In this document: piece by piece, positions 27,649 through 39,010 of the stretch | Position numbering within the stretch: position 1 is the stretch's first letter | How the letters are laid out: each line of letters opens with the position of its first letter | Origin: Ramazzottius varieornatus | Taxonomy: Eukaryota; Animalia; Tardigrada | Length of the DNA stretch: 64,000 nt | Assembly: GCA_001949185.1 (NCBI GenBank) | Contig: BDGG01000002.1 | Span: forward strand, 6,810,448 to 6,874,447 | Direction: 5' to 3' | Position numbers and translations under genes: made by a program | The notes under the pieces: generated by a model | The model's input: only the letters and a program-made list of their open reading frames with translations | Databases searched by the model: none | What the model was told of the DNA's origin: nothing

Positions 27649-29455
27649 CTAGAAGCCAAGATCTCGCGCAAGATTTCGCAGTTGCGGGCTAATTTTCGTA
27701 ACCTTACCAGTCTCGACTGATGGGGTCTCGGCGTTACCATTTCTTGTGATTTTGGATGTTCCTTGCGACGCGACTTGTGCTCCTCCTGGAGGCAATGGCG
27801 GTACAAGATTATAGACCGCTCCATAGCCAGGACCGATAGTGTTACCATATGTTGCTCCATAACTCGGCCTGTGGAAAACAACTCGAAATACATAAAGTGC
27901 TCGATGGGTCGCATATGCGGATGAAATGATTGTGATTACCCATAGGTTGCCCCGTAAGTTGCGCCAAAGGACGGACCGATTGTGGGACCGACAGTCATCC
28001 CGATAGACGGACCTGGAAGATTCAAACCAATTACAGAGTCTTGTTTGCTTAAACAACGAATAAAGTACTGCCCTCCAGGTGATCAAATCGGATTAGCCCT
28101 TGTGGACACATTACTGCAGTTACACTTGACTTGTGCAATGCACACTACGTAAACCAATCAAATTTGATCACCTGCAGGGCAGTACTTCCTTCACTGCATG
28201 GAAACTGAAAACCACAGAACACATACCTATCGTCGGTCCGTAGGTAGTGCCGAACGTTGGCCTGTGAGAGGAGAAGCGTGCCTCAGTGATCTAGGTACCC
28301 TGAGGTAATCCTTACCTATGTCCACTTACCCAATTGTTGGTCCTAAGAGAATAAAATGTCAACGGAAATACGATCAGGACTGGCATACCAACGAAGCAGA
28401 GAATTAGTCTTTACCAACCGAAAGTTACTCCAAAAGTCGTTCCTAAAACAAAAACAGCAATTTTTGACAGTAAACTCTGTGAACGCCGCAACCGAAGACC
28501 TCTCAAAGAACTTACCGAAAGTATCTCCGTAAGTATATCCGTAGGAATTTCTGTAAGCAACGACACGGAAGTTTGACGAATGCTTCGTGCAAACAGTACC
28601 GTAAGGTACAGTATTCCGAATGTGCTAGAACACTCCATTTACCCGTATGTCGGTCCTGCAAGAGGGGATTTGGTACATGTAATGAAAAAGAATGAGACAA
28701 CTGTGCGAGAACCAAAGAACCTACCGATGGTTGGTCCAAACACAATCGCCTTCGTTTCACCTGCAACGCAGAACAGGGAGTTGGAATACTGGAGGGAACG
28801 TTTCGGGCATCGCAACCTCCCAATGGAACTTGGAGCTAGTTTGCTACATACCGTAAGTGGATCCATAACCAAGTGCCAACTGGAAACAAAAGCACAATTA
28901 TAAAGTACTCAGTGTGACGTCGGCAGTACTTCGAGAAAATGTTTACCGAACTGTTGTCTTTCAATATGTAGCTAGGGCCGGTATTTGTAATGTATTCCGG
29001 ACCCTTAATCACAATTTCCAGGAAGACGACGCTCGATTTGTTCAGTTGTTTCAATGTGGTTTCTAACACACCTAGAACGAAACAAGGGGAGTTGGCCCCG
29101 AAAATGAACCAGAAAGATTTTTGCAGTCATGAGTTTCAGTCTATAGCTTACTCAAGTTCCCCGTCGAGTAGTCCTTCGCGAGCAAGAGCACCGCACTCAG
29201 TGAATCCAGTCCAGTGGAAGAGACATTCCTCAGCAGGTCAGTGACGTTGATGTTGTCCGCCCGATTGTCAAGGGTAGCATTGGGCGTATTCGGCGGCTGG
29301 AAACTTGGCGAAGAGGAATTCGCCGCACTTCCGTTGATGTCCGGAAAGTCCCCTTGAGCACCTGCAATACAGAAAAACACGGCCACGCACGTGCAACAGA
29401 ACACCCTAAATACGGCTCTCAATCCAGACGGTAGATTGTTCGTCCGAGCAGGCAT
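27649..29455 (-). CDS. Micro-exon gene: secreted ~301-aa protein with 22 tandem G-x-(T/S)-(Y/F/I)-type tetrapeptides, 11 exons
   Basis: Exons 29455-29152, 29071-28947, 28879-28852, 28760-28725, 28655-28643, 28550-28516, 28442-28419, 28342-28330, 28261-28227, 28012-27940, 27868-27649. All are GT-AG and total 906 nt in one frame. Signal peptide ...VFRVFCCTCVAVFFCIAGAQG; 8 N-glycosylation sequons before the repeat. Confidence 0.85.
28068..28182. mobile_element. 115-bp MITE with TA flanks (Tc1/mariner-type) in intron 9 of the micro-exon gene
   Basis: TA|CTGCCCTCCAGGTGATCAAAT...ATTTGATCACCTGCAGGGCAG|TA: 21-bp TIR with one mismatch, TA on both sides. Confidence 0.7.
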
Positions 29456-29984
29456 CGTCGTTGGACAACTTCGGGACAGTCCTACAGAAAAAATGATACT
29501 GCGGTTGACAGTGCTCGTAAAAAAAAAAAACGAAAATCTTGCTTACAGTTGTTTTCGCAGATGGCTCAGAGATGGAGGAAAGAAAGCGTTGAGTTTCGCT
29601 GGAAAGTTTTCTGTCTTTCCCGTGAGGAACAGCACACGGCTTGGATTGGTCAGCAAGATTTTATGATCATGGACAAATAAAACTTTTTTCGTGCAGTCGA
29701 ATGAAAGAACAGATAGAACGTGAATGAAATGTAAGAAAGAATGAAAGTAAAGTCAAACGTGGAATAAAGGATCCATCGTAACTGGATAAAAAACAAGCAG
29801 ACAATGGATAAAACACGAAAGTAGGGCTACCTACACTTTGATAGTACACAGCCCGAAAGTAAAGAGGTTTGTTCTATCTACGGGAGAGAGTCGAGAATGA
29901 CCTCATTGAGTATAATAAAGCCTGGCTGAACATCAGCTACCTGAACAAACGAATGTGTACAGCTAGAAAAAACCGCCAGAAGAC

Positions 29985-32900
29985 TCAGCCACCACTGAAA
30001 GGGAATGCCGATGTGTAGTTGGTGGTATGGACATTAGCCGGCGTCTTGGGCGAGGCGCAGGTGAAAGCCGTGAAGTCTTCCTGCTGCCAGTGGTTGCGAT
30101 TCAGTGTCGGCTCCGAGTTGCTCCTCCATATCACAGGTATCCGTTCCATCGCATGCTGGAGCTGGTTGTGGATCTCGGTGAACTCTGGTCGGTCTTCTCG
30201 CTTGTAGCTCAGACAGAGCTCGAAGAGAGACTTCAGTGTCTTGGGTACTTCGTACACGGCGTTGTCAAGCTTCAGTTGAAGGAAACCACGACCCACACGG
30301 TACAAAATCTGCAAGAAAACCCCGATCAGATGAATAAAACGATAAGGAAGAAAAATGTTGTATCACCATATCACGGCTCATTCCTTCGTAAGGTAACTTC
30401 CCCGACAGAAGTTCGTACAAAACCACCCCGAAAGAGTACACATCGGACTTGGAACTGAAAGGGTGAGAGTCATCCTTATCCATGCGGATGACTTCCGGTG
30501 CCATCCACAGAATCGAGCCGGTGGTCTGCCGCGACTGTTGATGCGAGCCAGTCCACCTCGTCTTCACTGTCGCCAGACCGAAATCCCCAATCTTCACGCT
30601 GCATTCTTCGCTCAGAAAGATATCTGAGAAAAACAAGTCTCATGAAACCACTCCTCAATAGCTCAGTAGCTAATGGAAATCTTTCAACAAGCAACATACA
30701 GACGCATTCTGTCCACTTGCATACGATACACAAAACGTTCACCAAAGTATTCAGCGTGCAGGTGCATGTCGTAGTTCCAGCGTACGTTACTGTAGTGCTC
30801 CTAAATTAACGCGCACTCAACCACGTGGACAGTAAATGATGTCCGGCTGAGAGTCACACAGGCTACACCGATAACATCTGATCATACTGGACAACGATGG
30901 CTCATCACGTGGCTGAGTGCGCGGGAGCACTACAGTATTTTTTTCTGGAAAATTCGAGAAAACCCTCTTCAGGCTTGTTTTCTTACTGTTCGATTTGAGA
31001 TCGCGATGAATAATGTTGCGTGCATGTAAGTATGCCATTCCCTGTGCCACTTGTCGGAGTATATCAATCAGCGGTTTCATTTCGAAGCGGTATTCTTCAC
31101 AGTGGATCTTTTTGTACAAGCTGCTGCCTTCGCACCACTGAGTAACAATGGCCAATTGTGGCGACTGGCCCGGTTCACATTTGGATACACAGCCCATGAA
31201 CAAGAGGACATTATTGTGCCTCGTCTTCCTCAGAACTGCCACTTCGTTCTTGAAAGCCTGCATCTGCTCCAGCGTTGGGTCGTTTACGTTCAGCCTCTTG
31301 ATAGCCACCGGTCCGTACCAGTGACCACGATACACCGTTCCGAAAGAACCCGAACCAACTTTGGGACCGATGAGAATTTCACCCACTGGAATCTCCCAGT
31401 CTTCCATGCTTTCCCGCTGAACTCTCTAAAACAAGAGACACGTCAGTTTCCATGAGAATACACTGTCCAGAAAGCTCTGTCCTCACGACCCATCCAAAGA
31501 GACCGACCAGCAGATACGCTTCGTTCACTTTCACGTTCCTACATATTCAGAATCGACTGTTCACTACACACCGGAAGTATGTAGGTCCGTGCAGCGCTCG
31601 GTATCTAACTGGCCGATCCCTCGAAACTTACGCGTGTGTAAGTTCTGCGATGCCTTACCGATAGTTTGTAACCGTTGGAGGTAGTGAGGTTCAAGCTGGA
31701 ATCCGAAGACATCATGGTTCTTCCACTGGGCGTGGGTGACGAGTCCGGCTCGACTCGGGCTGGAGGAGTCGAAGGATCCGAATAGGGTGTCCGAGGGGTT
31801 CTTCCTGGTACCGGCAACAAGTTGTTTCCCGAGCCCACTTCTCCTGAAACTCATACGAGAGAATGAGAACTGATGAAATTTAAAAGGAATACTGCGGTAT
31901 ACAGTGCGATGATACCTTGTGCAGCTAGCTGTTGTGAAGCAATCAAATCGGTAAACGGCACAAAACGCAACGGTGCATAACGAGATGAGAAGGCGAAGTT
32001 AAAAGCAGGCCAGGGCAGTCCAGCCGTGGCAGGAGTTAAGATAACTAAGTGGGGGGGATGAACAACAGGCAAAGGTGAAACATAAAATCAAACAGTGCGG
32101 TAACGAATGACAATGCAACAGGCGCAAGAAGCACAACCAAAAACAGAGCAAAATAAAACCAGAAAGAAGTGCTTACTGGGCGAAATGGGTGGCCTCATCT
32201 TCTTGCCCAGCGAGGGAAGAGTCCCACTCTGTACAGCCGGAAGAGGTTCACAGACGGTCACGACGGTGTTGACATCGGGTGCTGAGGTGGAACGGCTTCG
32301 GCCCAGCTGGGGATCTTCGGGAATGACACTGGGTAGCCCGTAAGGAAGGAAGGCTTCCCCATTGGCATCGTTTGCGAGGAACCTGCAAGACCACCATTAA
32401 CAATGAGTGGTCGAGATAATCTATCCGAGTTTGTCTTCCGATTATCTCTAGTATCAAACCCTACATTTTGGCTTTCATCTGTACGTTGTCTTTGTGGATG
32501 GCAGGGATGCAGTACGTGCGAAACTGGTCCTTGCACTTGTCGTGCACCTTTACTTCACAGCGTTGGCAGCGCCATCCACTGAAAATTCTTCTGCTGCAAA
32601 CGGCACAGTTTGCAGACGTCAGGAAGGTCTTGGGTTGGAGGTTGTGCTCGGCTACACAGAGGGCGTCCCATACAGGCGCAATTTCTTCCACGACGATACG
32701 ATCCCCTTCGATACTGGCCACATCATCAGTCCATTTTACAGCAATCCTGGACAGAAAGCACGTTGACCACTTTTCCTGCCGGCCGGACATTAATAGTGAA
32801 AGTATTCAAGATCCATTTCACAGTAACTGGGTATCGGCGGCCCAATTTACAGCCCAAGTGTTTTGATTCAAAACGACCCTTTTTCGACATGAAGTTATGG

Positions 32901-34619
32901 ATGATATCGAGGGGCCGAACAGATGCATGCGCATTCTAACGCTTTATGACGTCACTGTGAAAACAAAACTTTTTCATTCAAAATTTCGAGCCCCTTCAGA
33001 TTTTTCTGCCGTAGCCACGTGACCACTAGTAAGACGGCCAAATGAGCCCCAGTATTGTGTTCCCCGAAGTCTGTTACACCAGATTGCATCAGCAGTTTAG
33101 CTTTGCCCTTGGGGTCCCAGAACTTTAAAGTCAATTCTCGAACAATTTGACTGCAGAGCGTTGGCATGCAAATTGGGCCGCCGATACCCATCTGCTTACC
33201 TTTTGTTCGTGTCTTTGAGATCAAACTTGAAGACTCTGCATTTTGACGGCACCAGCTGTCTGTGTTGCAGCTTCTTCAGGAGAGTATCTTGTACTGACTT
33301 TCCTTTGATGGCTTCCACCTGTCGAAGAACACTCACCTTGTGGATTCAGTATAATCTTACAACTCAGCAATTGATGTTATTGTACTGGGGGAACGCTGGA
33401 TACACGGAACCATACCGTTGTCTTCTGGTTATTAGGAAGTTCCGCCATAATGATCTTTTTCGGTATCGCGGGAGTCTGCGGTGTGGAGCCAGATGCCGAA
33501 GGCGAAGGACCCGTCGTAGAGGGAAGGGGACCTCCGGGAGGCGTTGTGGCCCCACTGGTGGACGAGAGACTTCCGGTGGGATATCTAGCAACGATTGATG
33601 GACTACTACTAGCGCTGCTGACACCTGAAACAAAAACGATGAAAGATACAATTGACGACAAAAATAATGAAGACACTACTGGCGATAACAAGACAAAGAA
33701 CCATACCGGAAGTGCTCTCGGTTCCGACCAGACTAAGAGCCGGTCCGCCAGGTCTTGAAGGAGGTGGTAGCGGAGGTAGTTCGGGCATGCAAGAGCGTCC
33801 CTGGTCGCCATTCCTGCCGACGAGCTCCGGATGATTTCGTCGTAATGAGTCTAGCTTATCTTGATAGCTATCAAGCTTAGAGTTCAGGTCCTTGTATTCC
33901 TGCAAATGTCAGGAAAGGCCACATATAGAAAAGCTGGAAAGAGGCATTACGCTCGATGCTCCATTGACGCACACACAGATAGCTAGCTATCAAAGGCGAC
34001 CGATCGATAACTACGACAAAGTCATCTTCATAAGCGGAAAAGCCCTACTTGGGTTATCAAACTGAATGTCTTGATAGCCTTCCAATGACGTACTCGCACC
34101 AGCAAGCTCGTCAATTCCATGGAATTTCAACTTCATTTCGCCAAAACGCCAAACAGTCTCCCGATCAGAGAGCATTGCAAACCCAACCCAAATCAAACTA
34201 ACAGTGGAGAGAAAATAATTATGCTTACGGTAAGGTAGAATGCCGGAGGTGTAGGAAGCTTTCCAAACTTCTTGTTGAGCATTTCGAGGCTGCCCCTGGT
34301 GACCTCGATCATGAGGCTATAATTGCGCACCTGTAGAGACATTTAACGATCCAAATAATAATAGAGTTTTATGAAGTACAGAGGGGAAGTCTTCATTCTT
34401 GCTTACCTCTTCGGCTACTCGGTCTGCCAAAGTCATAGGAATAGTGACAGGGTCCTCCGGATCGAGACTATCCGACATCGAATCAATGGACAGGCTGTGA
34501 AGTGAACCATTCAGGGAGTTTGTGCAACTTCTTAGAAGATCAGGAACGACCGCCATCTCTTCCGGTATCGTTTCCTTGCTCGCTTGTGAACTCTTCCCTG
34601 TTGCGCACTTAGTCACCAT
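29985..34619 (-). CDS. Raf: Raf serine/threonine kinase (B-Raf/D-Raf-like), multi-exon
   Basis: N-terminal coiled-coil region ([16 protein letters not shown]), Ras-binding domain ([13 protein letters not shown]), C1 domain (HNLQPKTF...CAVC...CQRC...HDKC), 14-3-3 site RSTSAP, kinase domain ([28 protein letters not shown]...GSILWMAPE), C-terminal RSNSEP. Confidence 0.95.
32828..33190. mobile_element. ~363-bp non-autonomous TIR element in a Raf intron
   Basis: Perfect 21-bp inverted repeat TGGGTATCGGCGGCCCAATTT (32828-32848) / AAATTGGGCCGCCGATACCCA (33170-33190); no clear target-site duplication. Confidence 0.65.
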
Positions 34620-36068
34620 ACATTGATGTTAAGCTTCTCGAGAGTTGACTCAGGACTCTTGTTCTTTCAGTTACACTATCCTTTAATAATACTATTAGGC
34701 GTTCCGAACTCTGTGGAAAGCAAAGAAAGAAAACACAAATCGTGGGGTAGTTACGGACCTACGGGGTAGTAGACGCAGCAGAGTCAACAGACTCGATGAC
34801 GGTCTGTGCTATCAACTGCACTGTTTAATCAATCAAAGGGCAAACAGTACCTTCTAACTAAGTAGTCTAGCGATATCCGAACCTTGCAACATGTGACCAT
34901 GGCATATGACCAGTTCGATCCAAACGAAAGTCAGAGTATCCAGCTTGAAGTACGTTCCAGGTGCCTATTGTTTCCTGCAGAATCATTGTTATTTGCAACG
35001 AACAACTTCGCAATCGTCCATAAGAAGTTTGGGACAAATTTTTACCTTGCCAAAAGGGAAGACCACTTTCTCAGCTGGTCATCTTTCCTGGAGTCGCTGA
35101 TTTTCGGGATCATTCCGTTAATACATGCTTAGTGTCTTGTTGTGGAAGAGATGGACCAGGTTCGGTGGGAGAAGAACAAATACGGGAAAAACAGGGACAG
35201 AATCCCAGACGTCTACACATTCCGTCACAGCGAAAGCTTTTTATGCTGGAAAAAAGCAAAGTGCATACGGTGCAGCGACCTGGGAAAGGGGCGGCGATGG
35301 CCGTGACGTCAGCGTCACATTGTTCACGATTAATGCCTTTCCAGCGCGCAGCTGCAAGTGTGCAATCAATCAAAGAACAAGAATCATAGCTATTCGGAGA
35401 GAGTACCGTATGCAAGTTCTTGACTCATAAGAAAACAGCGTACTCTTACTGAGCTTGCTTGAGAAGCTGGGATCGAACTTCTACTTCAGGTACCTTTTCC
35501 GTTTCGTTTCTACCCAGCGCATTTTCGATCGGAAACCATCTTTGTTGGTCCAACAGAACCGGAAACAGATGGAATTTTCGGCAAGCCATCCTGAGAGAGT
35601 GAAGCCAGCTGGACACTGCCGAGCTTGATTATGCGGCGCGCGCCATCTCTGGGACAACGCAGCATGAACGAGAAGAAAGAGTGAGCCACTGGTCAGCCAG
35701 CAGAGCGGAATAACAAGCGCTTCCGAAACAGGAAATGCGGAATACAGTGCTCCGTCAGCCCTCTCCTGCTCTTTATTTCAGACATGATTATCGCTGAATG
35801 TCCTTCAAAAGGCAGCAAACAAGACCAGAGCCTGTCCAGTGGCCACCATCTGCCTTTTGAAAATTTCCGCTTGCTCTTTACCGTGCCATGGCGTGACTGT
35901 GGACGAGCCTGTAAACAACCTTACTTCATAATGGCCTTATGTATTCAGGTGTAACCGGATGTCGTAATGCTGGGGAGCTAGACCTGCGGACCCTCGTTAA
36001 TCCTGACAAGTCTTCACTATAAGGGAGCATAGACGTTCGTTTTGAATCTACGCGCAAACTGATGCAGA

Positions 36069-38632
36069 ATGGGCCGATTTGCAGCGCAGGAAAAGTCTCA
36101 AGTGCGCGGAGGAACATCGCGAAAGCCTGCTTCTTACGGAGGAAAATCTCCCATGAAACAAGCGAAAGGTCGCCAGGTAGGACTGGGAACGTCCCTGACA
36201 ATACAGGCTTCCGAAGTTGATAAAACAATTTGTCGATGACGCTAGATAGTTCTCGTTTTAGGTAAAGCCAAGGAGAAAAAGGAGCTCAGCGAAAGCCATC
36301 GTTGAACATGGGGTATGCCTGGAGGACGGGAAGTTCGCATATTCCGTGGATGAAAAGATATTCGACAGCAAATTTGATCGTCCGTCTAACAGCTGCGTTA
36401 ACGAAATGCTTCCTGCTGGTAAACACTGAACTAAGCCCGATCTGTACATCCATTACTATTTCTGGCATTAAAATTTTGTCTTTTAAAGATTTTACGGTCG
36501 GACGGCTTATCAGAACAGGATTTCAGCAACCTCTAAGTTTCCGGAAACTGCCGCCGCACGGGATGAGGTAGACAATGAGCTTAGAAGGCTCAATCAAATT
36601 TCACTGGTTTCTCGCGTCTGGTATCTTCATATAGTAACAACTCGCCTTAAGCGGGTTAATTCTACGTGGCTATATCTTTCAGAATTCCGAAAAAGCTGAC
36701 GCCAAAAATTATCGCCGATATTGTGGGTAGGTACTTGTACACGTTTAGACCGAAATCAATCGTGGTTGACACGGTATGGGTACAGGGCTATCGTACGCCC
36801 ACATCCGGTTTCTTCCAGGACTTTCTACCGTTGTGGAGGTGATTGACTGTTCCGTCCAAGAAGGAGTGCGGATGACCCTGGGAAAGTTCGTCGAGTATTT
36901 CACGAACAGCGGAAACCCTTCGTCTGCTCGGACAAGTCGCCACACGAAACGGGAACAGGTGTATAATCTGATCGACCTCGAGGTGGGCCACACGGCTCTC
37001 GACAACCTCATCCAAGCTCCCGCAGTGGTATAAACGTGCCTTTTTGTGCCTTAACATTACTTGATACTTCGGATTCTTGAAACACCCTTTGACATATTAT
37101 GTGTATGGATGTTGTTCTTCAGGTAACTGCTATCGATTGGGCAACGAACCTGTGGCCTCAAGATCTTTTTGCTCCTGATGATAAGTCAGAAAGGCGTAAG
37201 ACTCAGTATCCGAAGACGCAGAAGTATGTCTTGATGAGCAAGGCCGGTAGCTACACAGACTTTCATATTGTAAGTATGAAACCAAACAACTTCCGGTCTT
37301 ACGTTGGAACGACATGAGAAAGGGACAGATCTAACAAATGAAACTGATTTTTCTTTCCAAAGGACTTTGGAGGAACCTCGGTATGGTATCATCTTGTTTA
37401 CGGGAGAAAGGTAAGCCCAGTTGACTTCACATGTGAGATGTTGGTGGTTGGATGGATGAACGTATACGGCTTCCGGCTTTCTGATCGATTTTCAGATCAG
37501 AATATTCGACTTTCAAATAGCCGAAATATCATTTCGTAGATTTTCCTGTTGATTCCACCAACCGCGAAGAACCACGCCCTATACGCACAGTGGGCCATTT
37601 CCGGCCAGCATCTCAGTTTTCTCGCGGATGAGGTGGACGATTGTGAAAGAATCGAAGTTTGCGCTACAGACACGATCATCATCCCCAGCGGTACGTTTGA
37701 TGTCAATCTGGTTTTTGTACCGCAGCAGAAAACATTCGAATTTCGATCCGGGCTTTAGGTTGGATCCATGCAGTTTACACTCTGGAAGATTCCCTCGTTG
37801 TTGGCGGCAACTTCCTCCACAGCCTGGCCGGGGAAATGCAGATCAATGTGATGCGAATGGAGAAAGTACTGAAGGTACCGAATGTTCTGAACAACTTTTG
37901 TTCTGTTCACTGTAACAATCTAACATATTTTTTCGCAACAGGTAAAAAAAACGATCCGATACCCGTTCTTCCACGACCTCATATGGTTCGCTACTCGCCG
38001 CTACACCAAAGTCTTCCGTAAACTTCCGTCTCGCGTATGTAGTCATGAAAAGAAAACCGTCTTCGCCATCCTTCAGGCCCTGCAGGAAGACAGAGAGTCG
38101 GGTACTTTAGCCCTATCCCTCATTGCGGACGAAAGGATTTCCGATAAGAGCAGGGTTTTCCGGAAGCTACAGGCAAGTTTAACCTGACTGCATCAGACCT
38201 TAGCTGAAACAGGGTCATATAAGGCGATTAATGTCTCCACAGATGGTAGCTGACCAGTTGACCACTCTTCCGGATATCGACGACGAAGATACCCCTTTAT
38301 GGTTATCTTCCATAAAGACAGAAGCTTCGAGTAAGCAGACTACCAAGCCTACGATGGAAGTGAAGCCAGTTCTGCGGAACACCAGTAAGAAAGATGCATC
38401 CATCCAGACTGACTCAGCCGACTGTTCGGTTGAGCGGATATTGACGGAGGAATGTCCGACAGAACACATACAAGGAAGTCATTCTAAACAGGCTCCAGCT
38501 CCGCTTACCATCAGCATCCCCATACACCCTGTTCCCTTAGATCTAGACACTCCTAGTCCCACCCACAAAGGTTATATCCATGTGCCCGGGTCCGTTGTTC
38601 CATCCGAGGTCTCGACCTACATGCAACTATGA
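36069..38632 (+). CDS. JmjC histone demethylase, KDM2/JHDM1-like, without C-terminal CXXC/PHD/F-box/LRR
   Basis: Spliced motifs YNLIDLEVGHT, IDWATNLWP, QYPKTQKYVLMS..GSYTDFHI|DFGGTSVWYH..GRK|IFLLIPPT, IPSG|WIHAVYT..VGGNFLHS, RYPFF. Fe(II) ligands H-x-D...H are intact. The start codon is uncertain. Confidence 0.85.
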
Positions 38633-39010
38633 ACGAAGTACCTCAGCTTGGAGCTGTACTCAACCTGACGAGAAGCGAACATTCAATCCATTATTCATCG
38701 TCCCAATTTCCCAAAGCACTTTTTGTCTTGGTTAGTCAGAGTCAAAACGTAATCGTGGGAGGAAGTCTGGTTTTGTCCGTTTAATGTACCCTAGGTTTCA
38801 AGTTGACTTCCAGTGCCTCTATTTTCTCTACCTCGAGACCATTTTTCTCAGTGATGTGTCACATTTGCTGGTCGGTCCTGTTTTGTTGTTTTCTTGTGCT
38901 TTTCTAACCGGTGGTTTGTTTACTGGTTTCGCATCTTTATTTCAATTTTCGTCATCGTTGGACTGCAGTGTCAGACTTTACTGTAGCTATCGTAAATTAT
39001 TAAACAATGA

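Noticed and set aside
28411-28560. Apparent 12-bp minisatellite (CCGTAAGTATAT-like)
   Set aside because: It is the antisense of the tetrapeptide-coding micro-exons, not an independent repeat
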